Shown one piece after another: positions 20,033 to 32,686 of a stretch of 64,000 bases of DNA; positions within the stretch are counted from its first letter, which is position 1, and each line of letters opens with the position of its first letter. Source of the DNA: an uncultured Thiotrichales bacterium. Lineage in GTDB: Bacteria > Pseudomonadota > Gammaproteobacteria > UBA4575. Made by a program: the position numbers and the translations under genes. A model generated the notes under the pieces. The model had not been told where the DNA came from and did no database searches. It saw only the letters and a program-made list of their open reading frames with translations. The DNA is taken from the NCBI GenBank assembly GCA_964636225.1, contig CAZWQM010000007.1:7518-71517 (forward strand), read 5' to 3'.

Positions 20033-21043
20033 ATGAGCGGAACAGCTAGAAAAATTTTGCTGGCAGCGTTGCTGCTAACTTTTGTTGTAGTGGTATTGGG
20101 GGCGTATGTGCGCCTGTCAGATGCGGGTTTGGGTTGTCCGGATTGGCCTGGATGTTATGGGCATTTAATTGGTGTACCTGATACCGATTCCGAGCTGGCG
20201 CATGCACAAAATAATTTTGAGCGCGAGGTCGAGGCCAGTAAAGCCTGGAAAGAAATGATTCATCGTTATTGTGCTGGAACCCTGGGCATACTGATTTTCA
20301 TTATTGCTATCGCCTTGTTCAAAAAAGATCATCGAGGTGAAAGACATGCACTAGCGGGTTCATTACTGGCAGCCGTTTTAATTTTTCAGGCGTTGCTAGG
20401 TATGTGGACGGTGACCTTGCAGCTAAAACCCCTGATCGTCATGGGGCATCTGCTTGGTGGCTTTACTTTGTTTAATTTACTGGTTTGGCAATGGTGGAGA
20501 ACCAGTTCGCTGCAACCACAAATCAATCTGGCTTCAGCCAACACTCTATTTAAATTAGCTATTTTCACTGTTATGGTTTTGGTCGGCCAGATCGCTTTGG
20601 GTGGCTGGGTAAGCTCTAACTATGCGGCGTTGGCATGCGTAGATTTTCCCCAGTGTCAGCAATCATGGTGGCCGATGATGGACTTTAAAGACGCGTTTAT
20701 TCTTTGGCGCGGTCTGGGCATTGACTATGAATTTGGTGTGCTGGATCATCCGGCACGTGTGGCTATTCACTATGTCCACCGAATCGGTGCATTGGTGACC
20801 ACGCTGGTGATTTTGTACTATGCCTTCAGATTACTAAAATGCTCCAATCAGTCAGGAATATTCAGAACTAATGTGTTTATTATTATGGGGTTGTTGTTGC
20901 TACAGGTGAGTCTGGGCATATCCAATGTGGTATTTAAGCTGCCATTACCTATTGCGGTGATGCATAACGGAGTCGCTCTACTCCTATTGGCAAGCCTTGT
21001 CAGCAGTATATCTATGCTAAAATTAGCCCGATCTGGCGATTAG
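20033..21043 (+). CDS. ctaA: heme A synthase COX15/CtaA
   Basis: AGLGCPDWPGC, EMIHRY, HLLGG, HRIGA, HNGVA. Confidence 0.95.
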   Translation: MSGTARKILLAALLLTFVVVVLGAYVRLSDAGLGCPDWPGCYGHLIGVPDTDSELAHAQNNFEREVEASKAWKEMIHRYCAGTLGILIFIIAIALFKKDHRGERHALAGSLLAAVLIFQALLGMWTVTLQLKPLIVMGHLLGGFTLFNLLVWQWWRTSSLQPQINLASANTLFKLAIFTVMVLVGQIALGGWVSSNYAALACVDFPQCQQSWWPMMDFKDAFILWRGLGIDYEFGVLDHPARVAIHYVHRIGALVTTLVILYYAFRLLKCSNQSGIFRTNVFIIMGLLLLQVSLGISNVVFKLPLPIAVMHNGVALLLLASLVSSISMLKLARSGD

Positions 21044-21056
21044 TTTTTCCTTATCT

Positions 21057-21971
21057 ATGACTAGCAAGACACATACATCTAATTTCAGCTCGGCCTTTGG
21101 CCCGTTGAGCCACTGGCGTGACTACTTGGAATTATGTAAGCCCAAAGTGATTGCCTTAATGGTATTCACCGCGATTGTGGGAATGCTTATGGCAGATCCC
21201 GGCAATGTGTCCTTGTCGACCTTTATCTACGCGACATTAGGGATTGCGCTGGTATCCAGTTCAGCGGCGGCAATAAATCACGTGGCCGACAGTCGCATAG
21301 ATGCTGCCATGGACAGAACCAAACTGCGCCCTTTACCTGCCGGCTCGCTGAGCAAAGCGTCCGTGTTGGCATTTGCCGCCATTATTGGTATCGCGGGTAT
21401 GGCAATATTAATCATAAAGATTAATCTGCTCACAGCCATGCTGACTTTTGCGTCATTGGTAGGTTATGCCGTGATCTACACTATGTATCTTAAGCGCGCC
21501 ACACCACAAAACATTGTGATTGGCGGCGCGGCAGGCGCAACACCGCCATTATTAGGTTGGACTGCAGTTACTGGTCAGATTGATGCGGATGGATTGCTGT
21601 TGTTGCTTATTATCTTTACCTGGACGCCACCGCATTTTTGGGCATTGGCGTTATACCGTAAAGAGGAATACGCTAAAGTGGATATTCCCATGTTGCCGGT
21701 GACACATGGTGATGACTTCACACGACTGCAAATTACTTTGTACACATTGCTGATGTGTGTGATTACCATACTTCCGTATTTGACCGGTATGTCCGGTCTG
21801 GTCTATCTGGTAAGTGTTTTACTGCTGAATGCAGGATTTTTATATTATGCAATTAGTCTGCAGATAACCAAAAGCAGGACGAAGGCGATTAATACCTTCG
21901 TCTACTCTATTATCTATCTGATGGTGTTATTTGCAGTCTTGCTGTTTGACCGATATCTGCCGTTAATTTAA
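21057..21971 (+). CDS. cyoE: protoheme IX farnesyltransferase (heme O synthase)
   Basis: [33 protein letters not shown]. Confidence 0.97.
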   Translation: MTSKTHTSNFSSAFGPLSHWRDYLELCKPKVIALMVFTAIVGMLMADPGNVSLSTFIYATLGIALVSSSAAAINHVADSRIDAAMDRTKLRPLPAGSLSKASVLAFAAIIGIAGMAILIIKINLLTAMLTFASLVGYAVIYTMYLKRATPQNIVIGGAAGATPPLLGWTAVTGQIDADGLLLLLIIFTWTPPHFWALALYRKEEYAKVDIPMLPVTHGDDFTRLQITLYTLLMCVITILPYLTGMSGLVYLVSVLLLNAGFLYYAISLQITKSRTKAINTFVYSIIYLMVLFAVLLFDRYLPLI

Positions 21972-22831
21972 GCAGCGATATACCCTTGCAACTTTTTCAT
22001 TGCATTATTTTCCAGCTGACGGACACGTTCTGCTGACACACCTAACTGCTCGGCCAGATCCTGCAAAGTCTGTTTGTTTTCAGACAACCAGCGCGCCTGA
22101 ATGATGCTGCGACTGCGATCGTCCAATTCATTCATAGCGGTTAACAGCTTTTCTGTTTGATGTCCGCTCCAATTGTCCTGTTCTATGCTGTTGGCAGGAT
22201 CATCACTCTCACTAGTCAGGTAAGCAGAAGGAGAAGAAATATTGTCTTCATCATCGGCATTGGCGGGTGCGTCAAAACCCAGATCCTGACCACTCAAACG
22301 TGATTCCATTTCCAACACTTCACTGGGTTTTACGCCCAGTTCCATGGCTACAGATTCGACTTCATCGTGATTGAGCCAGCCGAGTTTTTTCTTTTTACCG
22401 CGCAGGTTGAAAAATAACTTTCGCTGCGCTTTGGTTGTGGCCACTTTTACAATACGCCAGTTTCGAATAATGAATTCATGTATTTCGGCACGAATCCAGT
22501 GAACGGCAAATGAAACCAGACGGACATTTAGGGTTGGGTCAAATTTTTTCACCGCTTTCATTAATCCGATATTACCTTCCTGAATCAGGTCGGCCAACGC
22601 CAGTCCATAGCCGCTGTAACCACGTGCAACACGTATTACAAAGCGAAGATGGTGAGTAATTAATGTGCGCGCTGCTTCAAGATCCTGATGATCGCGCAGG
22701 CGCAGGGCAAGATTCTGCTCTTCTTCAGCAGACAGAATGGGCAATTGATGAGCTGCATTGATATAGGCGTCCAGGCTGCCTGCTGTTAAAGTCAGCTCAT
22801 GTGGTTGCGAAATAACCAGACTATTGCTCAT
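21968..22831 (-). CDS. rpoH: RNA polymerase sigma-32 factor
   Basis: [14 protein letters not shown] and RpoH box QRKLFFNLR; next to ftsX. Confidence 0.98.
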   Translation of the reverse strand: MSNSLVISQPHELTLTAGSLDAYINAAHQLPILSAEEEQNLALRLRDHQDLEAARTLITHHLRFVIRVARGYSGYGLALADLIQEGNIGLMKAVKKFDPTLNVRLVSFAVHWIRAEIHEFIIRNWRIVKVATTKAQRKLFFNLRGKKKKLGWLNHDEVESVAMELGVKPSEVLEMESRLSGQDLGFDAPANADDEDNISSPSAYLTSESDDPANSIEQDNWSGHQTEKLLTAMNELDDRSRSIIQARWLSENKQTLQDLAEQLGVSAERVRQLENNAMKKLQGYIAA

Positions 22832-22866
22832 AACTTTTTATCTCCTCATTCGTACATAAAGTAAGT

Positions 22867-22893
22867 TTAGCACTCCTACAGTTAGAGTGCTAA
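22867..22893. promoter_or_regulatory. CIRCE element (HrcA operator) upstream of rpoH
   Basis: TTAGCACTC-ctacagtta-GAGTGCTAA, perfect consensus, 35 bp upstream of the rpoH ATG. Confidence 0.95.
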
Positions 22894-22909
22894 CCGATTG
22901 TATAGTTCC
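22882..22909 (-). promoter_or_regulatory. candidate sigmaE (RpoE/AlgU) promoter of rpoH
   Basis: Minus strand GGAACTA-N16-TCTAA, close to GGAACTT-N16-TCnAA; rpoH has sigmaE promoters in E. coli and Pseudomonas. Confidence 0.7.
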
Positions 22910-23246
22910 CGCTCCGGCTGGTCTGTTTGGCACATTTAGTTTATCGACCAGATTTATCCATAGAGGGAGAAGTTTGTGGGTATTTTCAATCTATTCAGGT
23001 ACCGTTCATTTATACCCCAACTAGAGGAAAGGGTTGCCCGTTTAAGTACACAGGGCGTTGATCGCCATATCGATGAACGGTCGATGACCAGGAATATTCG
23101 GCAAATCTACATCGTGAATTGTGTCTTATACTGCTTTTGTCATGATTAAATCAATGTCATGTCATGCAATTATCAGTAATAGACACGTCTGCGAAAGATA
23201 AAAATTAGTATAAATATCGCTAAATGTACTTATATTTATTAACCGA

Positions 23247-23267
23247 ATTTTCCGTAATACGGTAAAT
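23247..23267. promoter_or_regulatory. imperfect palindrome, candidate operator upstream of the Nu1-like ORF
   Basis: ATTTTCCGTA-A-TACGGTAAAT (9/10 paired), ending 20 bp before the ATG at 23288. Confidence 0.45.
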
Positions 23268-23287
23268 GCAAATAAAGAGATAAATTC

Positions 23288-23500
23288 ATGCCAGGAGTTC
23301 AAGTAAGCAAAGCGGATCTCGCGCATATTTTTGGAGTGGATCAACCCACAATAGATGGCTGGCTGGAAAAAGGCTTGCCCCATATGCAAAAACGTATTCA
23401 AGACAGGGATCGACAGTCATTTACACGTGAATTAATTTTCGATACGGCAGATGCCATCAATTGGCGATTAACTGCACATAACATCGCCGAAGATTGGTAG
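23288..23500 (+). CDS. stand-alone winged-HTH protein resembling the DNA-binding domain of phage lambda terminase small subunit gpNu1
   Basis: VSKADLAHIFGV..TIDGWLEKGLP...FDTADAINW aligns by eye with gpNu1 VNKKQLADIFGA..TIQNWQEQGMP...YDSAAVIKW (recalled sequence); purine-rich RBS-like AAAGAGA upstream. Confidence 0.75.
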   Translation: MPGVQVSKADLAHIFGVDQPTIDGWLEKGLPHMQKRIQDRDRQSFTRELIFDTADAINWRLTAHNIAEDW

Positions 23501-23517
23501 AGTCTGGTTAGCAGAGG

Positions 23518-24465
23518 CTAACGATAGACTTTGAGCTTATGAGCTACGGCGATCCATGCAGACACAACGCCGAGCATGCTGACAGATATTATAATGCTAC
23601 TGGCCAGGCCAAAGCTGATTCTGCTGAGGTCAAAATCGTTGCCAAATAAAGCGGCCAGTTTTGAGGTGGCCTGATGAACAAGCCAGCTACACAAGCTGAC
23701 TACAAAAAGTGACAGTACCGCACCGGTAAATCCCAGCCAGAATCCAGAATATAGAAAAGGGCGTCGCACATAGGCGTCGCTGGCCCCGACTAACTTGATA
23801 ATTTCCACTTCTGCATGGCGCCCGGTAATTTCCCAGCGAACCACATTGGCAATAATTAAACCAATAGCAAGCAGCAATATAATACTGATTATCCACTGAA
23901 CACGATGAATCACCGCAAGTATCGCTTGTAAGCGCTGATACCAAATTAAATCAAACTGCACTTGTTCCACCTGTTTCAGGCCGCGCAAGTCATTTTCCAG
24001 AGTGATTAATGACTGTAAGTCTGTAAGAGTAGATTCAGGGTTTACAACGATTAAATGAGGCAACGGGTTTTCAGGCAGGCTTTTTGTGAGTGAGCCTAAA
24101 TCCATCTGTTGACGGAATTCTTCGAGGGCTGTTTGTTTGTTTACTGCCATCGCATTGGCAATGCCTTGCATGCTCGAAATGCTTTGTGTCAGTTGTTGTG
24201 CTTGTGCAAAATCAACGTTGTCTTTTAAAAATAATGTAATCTGCTTATCGCTGTTCCAATCATAAGTTAACGCCCGTACGCTTGAAAATAACAGATACAG
24301 GCTAATCGGAATTGAAAGAGCAATGGCGATCATGAGCGTGGTGGAAATGAAAGCAGCAGGACTTTTTTTGAGACGTGAAAAGCTCAGTTTAAAGCTCTCG
24401 ATATGATGCTCTATCCATAGGACAGCGCGAGTGTTTAGATTGGCCTGAGATTTTTTTTTGCGCAT
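23518..24465 (-). CDS. ftsX: cell division permease FtsX
   Basis: ENPLP, EVEIIKLVGASDAYVRRPFLYSG; follows ftsE. Confidence 0.95.
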   Translation of the reverse strand: MRKKKSQANLNTRAVLWIEHHIESFKLSFSRLKKSPAAFISTTLMIAIALSIPISLYLLFSSVRALTYDWNSDKQITLFLKDNVDFAQAQQLTQSISSMQGIANAMAVNKQTALEEFRQQMDLGSLTKSLPENPLPHLIVVNPESTLTDLQSLITLENDLRGLKQVEQVQFDLIWYQRLQAILAVIHRVQWIISIILLLAIGLIIANVVRWEITGRHAEVEIIKLVGASDAYVRRPFLYSGFWLGFTGAVLSLFVVSLCSWLVHQATSKLAALFGNDFDLSRISFGLASSIIISVSMLGVVSAWIAVAHKLKVYR

Positions 24466-24475
24466 ATTTACGGGA

Positions 24476-25129
24476 TTAGCTCACTAATCTTCCATGGTCC
24501 AGGTTTAAAATTTTCTTGTGGAAACCTGATATTAAATTTACGTCATGGCTAGCAATTAATGCACTCACGCCGACCTGATTAAAGTCCATAAATAATTTCA
24601 TGATATCTGAGGACAATTCAGGATCCAGATTGCCGGTGGGTTCATCAGCCAACAGCAAGCGTGGTCTGTGCACAATAGCACGAGCAATACCAACGCGTTG
24701 TTGTTCGCCACCGGATAACGATATCGGATTGGCTTTTTCCTTGTTGAGTAGGTCAACCTTGTCCAGTGCGGCTCTCACTCTTCTGGGTATTTCTTTTGGA
24801 CTAAAGCCATTGATACGCAAAGGTAATGCAATATTTTCAAATACATTACGATCATTAAGCAGGCGGTGATCCTGAAAGACCAATCCCATTTTGCGCCGAA
24901 AAGCGGAAACCATGGTTTTGCTGGCGTGGGTTACGTTTCTTTCATCGAAATACAGCTTTCCACGGGTCGGTGTCTCAATCAGGGCAATTAGCTTTAACAG
25001 TGTGCTTTTACCGGATCCGGAAGGACCGGTGATGAAACACATCTCACCATCTTCCAGTTGTAAATCTATTTGCGAGAGTACTTCACCGCTCTCGGGGTAA
25101 CGTTTACAGATGTTTTGAAGTCGAATCAT
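24476..25129 (-). CDS. ftsE: cell division ATP-binding protein FtsE
   Basis: [39 protein letters not shown]. Confidence 0.96.
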   Translation of the reverse strand: MIRLQNICKRYPESGEVLSQIDLQLEDGEMCFITGPSGSGKSTLLKLIALIETPTRGKLYFDERNVTHASKTMVSAFRRKMGLVFQDHRLLNDRNVFENIALPLRINGFSPKEIPRRVRAALDKVDLLNKEKANPISLSGGEQQRVGIARAIVHRPRLLLADEPTGNLDPELSSDIMKLFMDFNQVGVSALIASHDVNLISGFHKKILNLDHGRLVS

Positions 25130-26046
25130 TAACTGCCAATTAGAGCCGATGAAAATTCTCTTGCATCAAATACCTGAAGATCCTCAATGGCTTCACCTAC
25201 GCCGATGTAACGTATTGGCAGACCCAGACGGTCTGCAATGGCCAGTACAACGCCACCTTTGGCGGTACCGTCCAGTTTGGTAATACACAGACCGGTCACA
25301 TTCATAGCCTGATGAAATTCCTCGGCCTGTCGTAAAGCATTTTGTCCCATGCTGGCATCCAGCACCAGCAGTGTTTCATGCGGAGCCTGTGGGTCAATTT
25401 TATTCATCACACGTTTAACTTTTTGCAATTCAGTCATTAAGTCATTCTGAGTATGCAGACGCCCCGCCGTATCTGCAATTAACACATCAATTTTGCGTGC
25501 TGTGGCGGACTCAAGGGCATCAAATACTACCGATGCACTATCCGCTCCGGTTGATTGCGAGACGACTGGAATATCGTTGCGCTCTCCCCAGGTAATCAGC
25601 TGTTCAACGGCAGCGGCACGAAATGTGTCGCCTGCAGCCAGGATGACCGATTTACGGTTCTTCTTTAGGCGGCGGGCGAGTTTGCCAATAGTGGTTGTTT
25701 TGCCAGCACCATTAACCCCTACTACCAGAATAGAGAAGGGTTTGATGCGACCAAGTAACATGGGTTTATTACTGGGTTCAAGGATTTCAAAAATGCATTG
25801 AGACAGTAACGCGGAATAATCTGCATTAAGATTAGACTTTTTCTCTTTTTCCACCAACGACTTTAACTGTGTAATTAGCTTGTCGGTTGTCTCAATGCCT
25901 ACATCCGCCATCAATAATCCATCTTCAATATCTGTGATAATTTCCTGTGGTGATTTAGAGGTGCTTTCATCAATGCTTTCAGTCAGTACTCCACGGGTTT
26001 TAGATAATCCTTTTTTGAGGCGATCGAATAAATTTTGCTCAGTCAT
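25129..26046 (-). CDS. ftsY: SRP receptor FtsY (short form, no acidic A domain)
   Basis: GVNGAGKTTT, DTFRAAA, DTAGR, TKLDGTAKGG. Confidence 0.98.
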   Translation of the reverse strand: MTEQNLFDRLKKGLSKTRGVLTESIDESTSKSPQEIITDIEDGLLMADVGIETTDKLITQLKSLVEKEKKSNLNADYSALLSQCIFEILEPSNKPMLLGRIKPFSILVVGVNGAGKTTTIGKLARRLKKNRKSVILAAGDTFRAAAVEQLITWGERNDIPVVSQSTGADSASVVFDALESATARKIDVLIADTAGRLHTQNDLMTELQKVKRVMNKIDPQAPHETLLVLDASMGQNALRQAEEFHQAMNVTGLCITKLDGTAKGGVVLAIADRLGLPIRYIGVGEAIEDLQVFDAREFSSALIGS

Positions 26047-26163
26047 ATGTTTTGCTAAATAACAGTAATAAATATAATGCTATGCTTGGGTTGAACAATC
26101 TAAATCATGCGTTGTCGTAAGATTCTGATCTTATCGTAATTTAAACTACACTAAGTCTAGTCC

Positions 26164-27534
26164 ATGCGAATGAAAAAAATCATCTTATCAATAAATGCCA
26201 TTCTAGTTTCATTTTTATTGGCCACTGACAGTTGGTCAGCCGTTCATGAAAAGATACTGGATAATGGTTTAAAAGTGATTGTTAAAGAAGATCATCGCGC
26301 GCCTGTTGCAACCGCGCAAGTTTGGTACAAAGTAGGTTCGGCCAGTGAATATGGTGGTATCACCGGTGTATCGCATGTACTGGAACATATGATGTTTAAA
26401 GGCACGCCCAAATATCCCGTGGGCCAATTCTCTGAAATACTGGCCAGCATCGGTGCACGCGATAATGCATTCACCGGGCAGGATTACACAGCCTACTACC
26501 AGTTGTTTGATGTGTCCAAACTTGAGACTAGCTTTGAACTGGAATCCGATCGAATGGCGCAATTGAATCTGGATGAATCAGAATTTGTAAAAGAGCTGGA
26601 AGTGGTTAAAGAAGAAAGACGCCTGCGTACAGAAGACAATCCCAACGCGTTGACCTACGAACAGTTTAATGCAACAGCTTATAACAGCAGTCCTTATCAT
26701 CATCCGGTGATTGGCTGGATGAACGATCTGGATAATATGCAGGTATCTGATTTGCGAGCGTGGTATCAACAATGGTACACACCAAAGAATGCAACTCTGG
26801 TAGTGGTCGGTGATGTCTATCCAGATGAAGTATTTGCACTTGCAGAAAAATATTACGGTCCTGTTGAGTCACGCGAAGTAAAACCCTTAAAGCCCAGATT
26901 GGAACCCGAGCAGACGGGAGAAAGACGTGTGGAAATTAAAGCAGTGGCCAAACTGCCCTATATGATTATTGGATATAAAGTGCCATCACTGAAGACGGTT
27001 AAAGATGTAAGCGAAGCTTATGCTTTAAATATACTGTCTGGAATACTCGATGGTGGAAGGAGCTCGCGCTTAAGTAAAAATCTGGTGAGAGAGCAGGAAA
27101 TTGCAGCCAGTGCTGGAGCGGGATATGACCTTTATTCAGCAAGAAATAATATGTTTTTGTTTGATGGAACGCCTAATTCAGGCAGGACTCTGGAAGAACT
27201 CGAGCAGGCGATTTACCGGGAAGTTGAGAAATTACAAACAGAGCTGGTGAGTGAGCGAGAATTAAAACGAGTTAAGGCACAAGTGCTAGCTGATGAAGTG
27301 TATCAGCTGGATTCCGTACAAAGGCAGGCTTACCTGATAGGAAGCCTGGAAACGGTAGGCCTGGGCTGGCAGACCATGGAGGAATATGCTGAATATATTC
27401 AGAAAATATCGGCCCAAGAAGTACGTGAAGTGGCCAGAAAATATTTGATAGATGATCGTAAAACAGTCGCTGTGTTAACACCGATTGAGCCCAAAGGATT
27501 GGGCAAAACAGTCAGCCTTAAATTAGATAGATGA
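26164..27534 (+). CDS. M16B zinc peptidase, catalytic subunit
   Basis: Inverted zinc motif HVLEH, NAFT, EERRLR; signal peptide. Confidence 0.93.
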   Translation: MRMKKIILSINAILVSFLLATDSWSAVHEKILDNGLKVIVKEDHRAPVATAQVWYKVGSASEYGGITGVSHVLEHMMFKGTPKYPVGQFSEILASIGARDNAFTGQDYTAYYQLFDVSKLETSFELESDRMAQLNLDESEFVKELEVVKEERRLRTEDNPNALTYEQFNATAYNSSPYHHPVIGWMNDLDNMQVSDLRAWYQQWYTPKNATLVVVGDVYPDEVFALAEKYYGPVESREVKPLKPRLEPEQTGERRVEIKAVAKLPYMIIGYKVPSLKTVKDVSEAYALNILSGILDGGRSSRLSKNLVREQEIAASAGAGYDLYSARNNMFLFDGTPNSGRTLEELEQAIYREVEKLQTELVSERELKRVKAQVLADEVYQLDSVQRQAYLIGSLETVGLGWQTMEEYAEYIQKISAQEVREVARKYLIDDRKTVAVLTPIEPKGLGKTVSLKLDR

Positions 27535-27557
27535 GAATTAATCAGGTGAATATTAAA

Positions 27558-28851
27558 ATGAAACCAATTATTCGTTTGTTGCTTGTGTTTATTGCGTTAG
27601 TCAGCTGTTCGGTAGCTTTTGCGCTACCTGATATAAACACATGGACCACCAAAAACGGCATAACAGTTATGTATGTATATTCTCCGGAATTACCCATGGC
27701 TGATATAGAACTGTCATTTGATGCGGGAAGTGCACGTGATGGTGACCTGGCAGGCCTGTCTTCAATGATGCACGCCATGCTGGATAAAGGGACTAGAAAA
27801 CTGACTGCAGATGAGGTGGCATCGCGATTTGAAGACGTGGGTGCACAGTTCAGTGCTAATGTGGATCTGGATCGATCAAGTGTTTCATTGCGCAGCCTGA
27901 CGAATGATGATTTTTTTCCGGATGCGCTTGCTATGTTTATTGATGTTGTCGCTAAACCATCTTTCCCTGAACGCGACTTTGACAGAGAAAAGAAACGGTT
28001 GCTTGTTGCATTAGAAGATAGTGATCAACGCCCAGATGATATTGTGAGCCGAAAGTTCTTTGATTTACTTTATCAGCAGCAGGCATATGCGCAGCCCACT
28101 AGTGGTACAAAAGATTCGGTAAGCAAAATTTCACTGCAGGATATCAAACAATTTCACAAGCAGTATATGGTCGCAAGTAATAGTGTGCTGGCCATTGTTG
28201 GAGACGTATCAAAACAAAAAGCGGAAGCTATCACCAACAAGATAAGTGAGTCTCTACCCAAAGGAAAAGCCAAGCAAAAAATAACAATTGCTCGTTCTTC
28301 TTCAGAAGCGAAGCTTTATGTAGATTTTCCTTCCCAGCAGGCGCATGTTCGCATGGGACAAATCGGCATTGAACGTGGCGATCCTGATTATTTCAGTTTG
28401 TATGTGGGTAATCATGTATTGGGTGGCGGCGGCTTCACTTCGCGTCTGGTCAAGGAAGTACGTAGTAAGCGTGGATTGTCCTACAGCGTATACAGTTATT
28501 TCCTTCCCTATAAGCAACCTGGACCATTTATGCTAGGACTGCAAACTCGTTCTGACCAAGTGAATGAAGCTGTGCAGGTGTGTAATGAAGTATTAAACGA
28601 ATTCATCGAAAATGGCCCTACACAAGAAGAATTGGAGTTAAGCAAACAAAATATCATCAACGGTTTTCCGCTGCGTGTAGATAGCAACAGGGATATTCTA
28701 GAGTATTTGTCTTTAATTGGTTATTACCAATTACCTTTGAATTATTTGAGTGATTTCAAAACTAATATTGAAAAAGTAACACTGAATGATGTTAAAACAG
28801 CTTTTCGCAAGCATTTGGATTTGAAATCTTTTGTTACTGTAGTGGTAGGAA

Positions 28852-28871
<20 letters not shown>
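27558..28871 (+). CDS. M16B peptidase, non-catalytic partner subunit
   Basis: M16 fold without HxxEH; GGGGFTSRL..EVRSKRGLSY; signal peptide starting at ATG 27558. Confidence 0.9.
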
Positions 28872-31873
<3,002 letters not shown>

Positions 31874-31877
<4 letters not shown>

Positions 31878-32686
31878 TGCTGGCATTGCGTGCAGTAAGT
31901 TGTAGTGCGTTGCCCCTGACGAATAGAACGTAACAGGCGTGTGCAGACAATGCAAGGCTGTTTGCCTCTGCCATAAACTTTAAGTTGTTGCTGAAAATAC
32001 CCTGGTTGCCCATCGCCCTGAGTGAAATCGCGTAATGTTGTGCCGCCACGTTGAATGGCTTCGGTCAGAATTTGTTTTATGGCCTGCGTTAGAAGAATGT
32101 AACGAGATAGGGATATTTTACTTGCCTCGCGACCAGGATGAATTTTGCTGATAAACAAGGCCTCGGTGGCATAGATGTTTCCCACTCCGACAACGATTTG
32201 TGAATTCATAATAAATTCCTTAATCGAAATGCGTCGGTTACGTGAAGCGTTATATAGGTACTCGGGATTGAATGTTTCATCCAGAGGCTCAGGGCCCAAA
32301 TTAACCAGTAGTTTATGACTTAATGGATCTTTTTGGGTCCATAATATAGCCCCAAAACGCCGAGGATCACGCAGGCGCAAAATATGATTGTTAAACACAA
32401 GATCAAAATGGTCATGTTTCTCTGCTGCCGTGCTATGTTGGCTAATACGCAAACTGCCTGACATACCAAGATGAATTATTAACGTGCCTGTGTTGGTATG
32501 TAACAGTAAATATTTTGCACGTCTTGTTACATGAGTAAATACTTGTGAACTGAGCTGTTTATTCAGTTGGCGAGGAATAGGCCAACGCAACTTTTTGACG
32601 CGAGTAACTACAGATAGCACTTTATGACCTGAGATATAAGGTTCTATACCTTGCCTTGTCGTTTCAACCTCGGGAAGCTCGGGCAT
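31874..32686 (-). CDS. mutM: formamidopyrimidine-DNA glycosylase
   Basis: MPELPEVET, HLGMSG, GVGNIY, C-terminal C4 zinc finger. Confidence 0.98.

Noticed and set aside
22990-23090. tRNA, attB remnant or c-di-GMP-I riboswitch near the Nu1-like gene
   Set aside because: No proper T-loop (TTCGA), D-loop or arm geometry; the GGCAAAC/GCAAAG riboswitch core is absent.
23138-23165. TGTCAT repeats resembling a Pho box
   Set aside because: Spacings are 17 and 5 bp, not the 11-bp period of PhoB sites.
22894-23517. Prophage at the rpoH-ftsX junction
   Set aside because: Only one phage-like domain; no integrase, large terminase, structural genes or flanking direct repeats seen.
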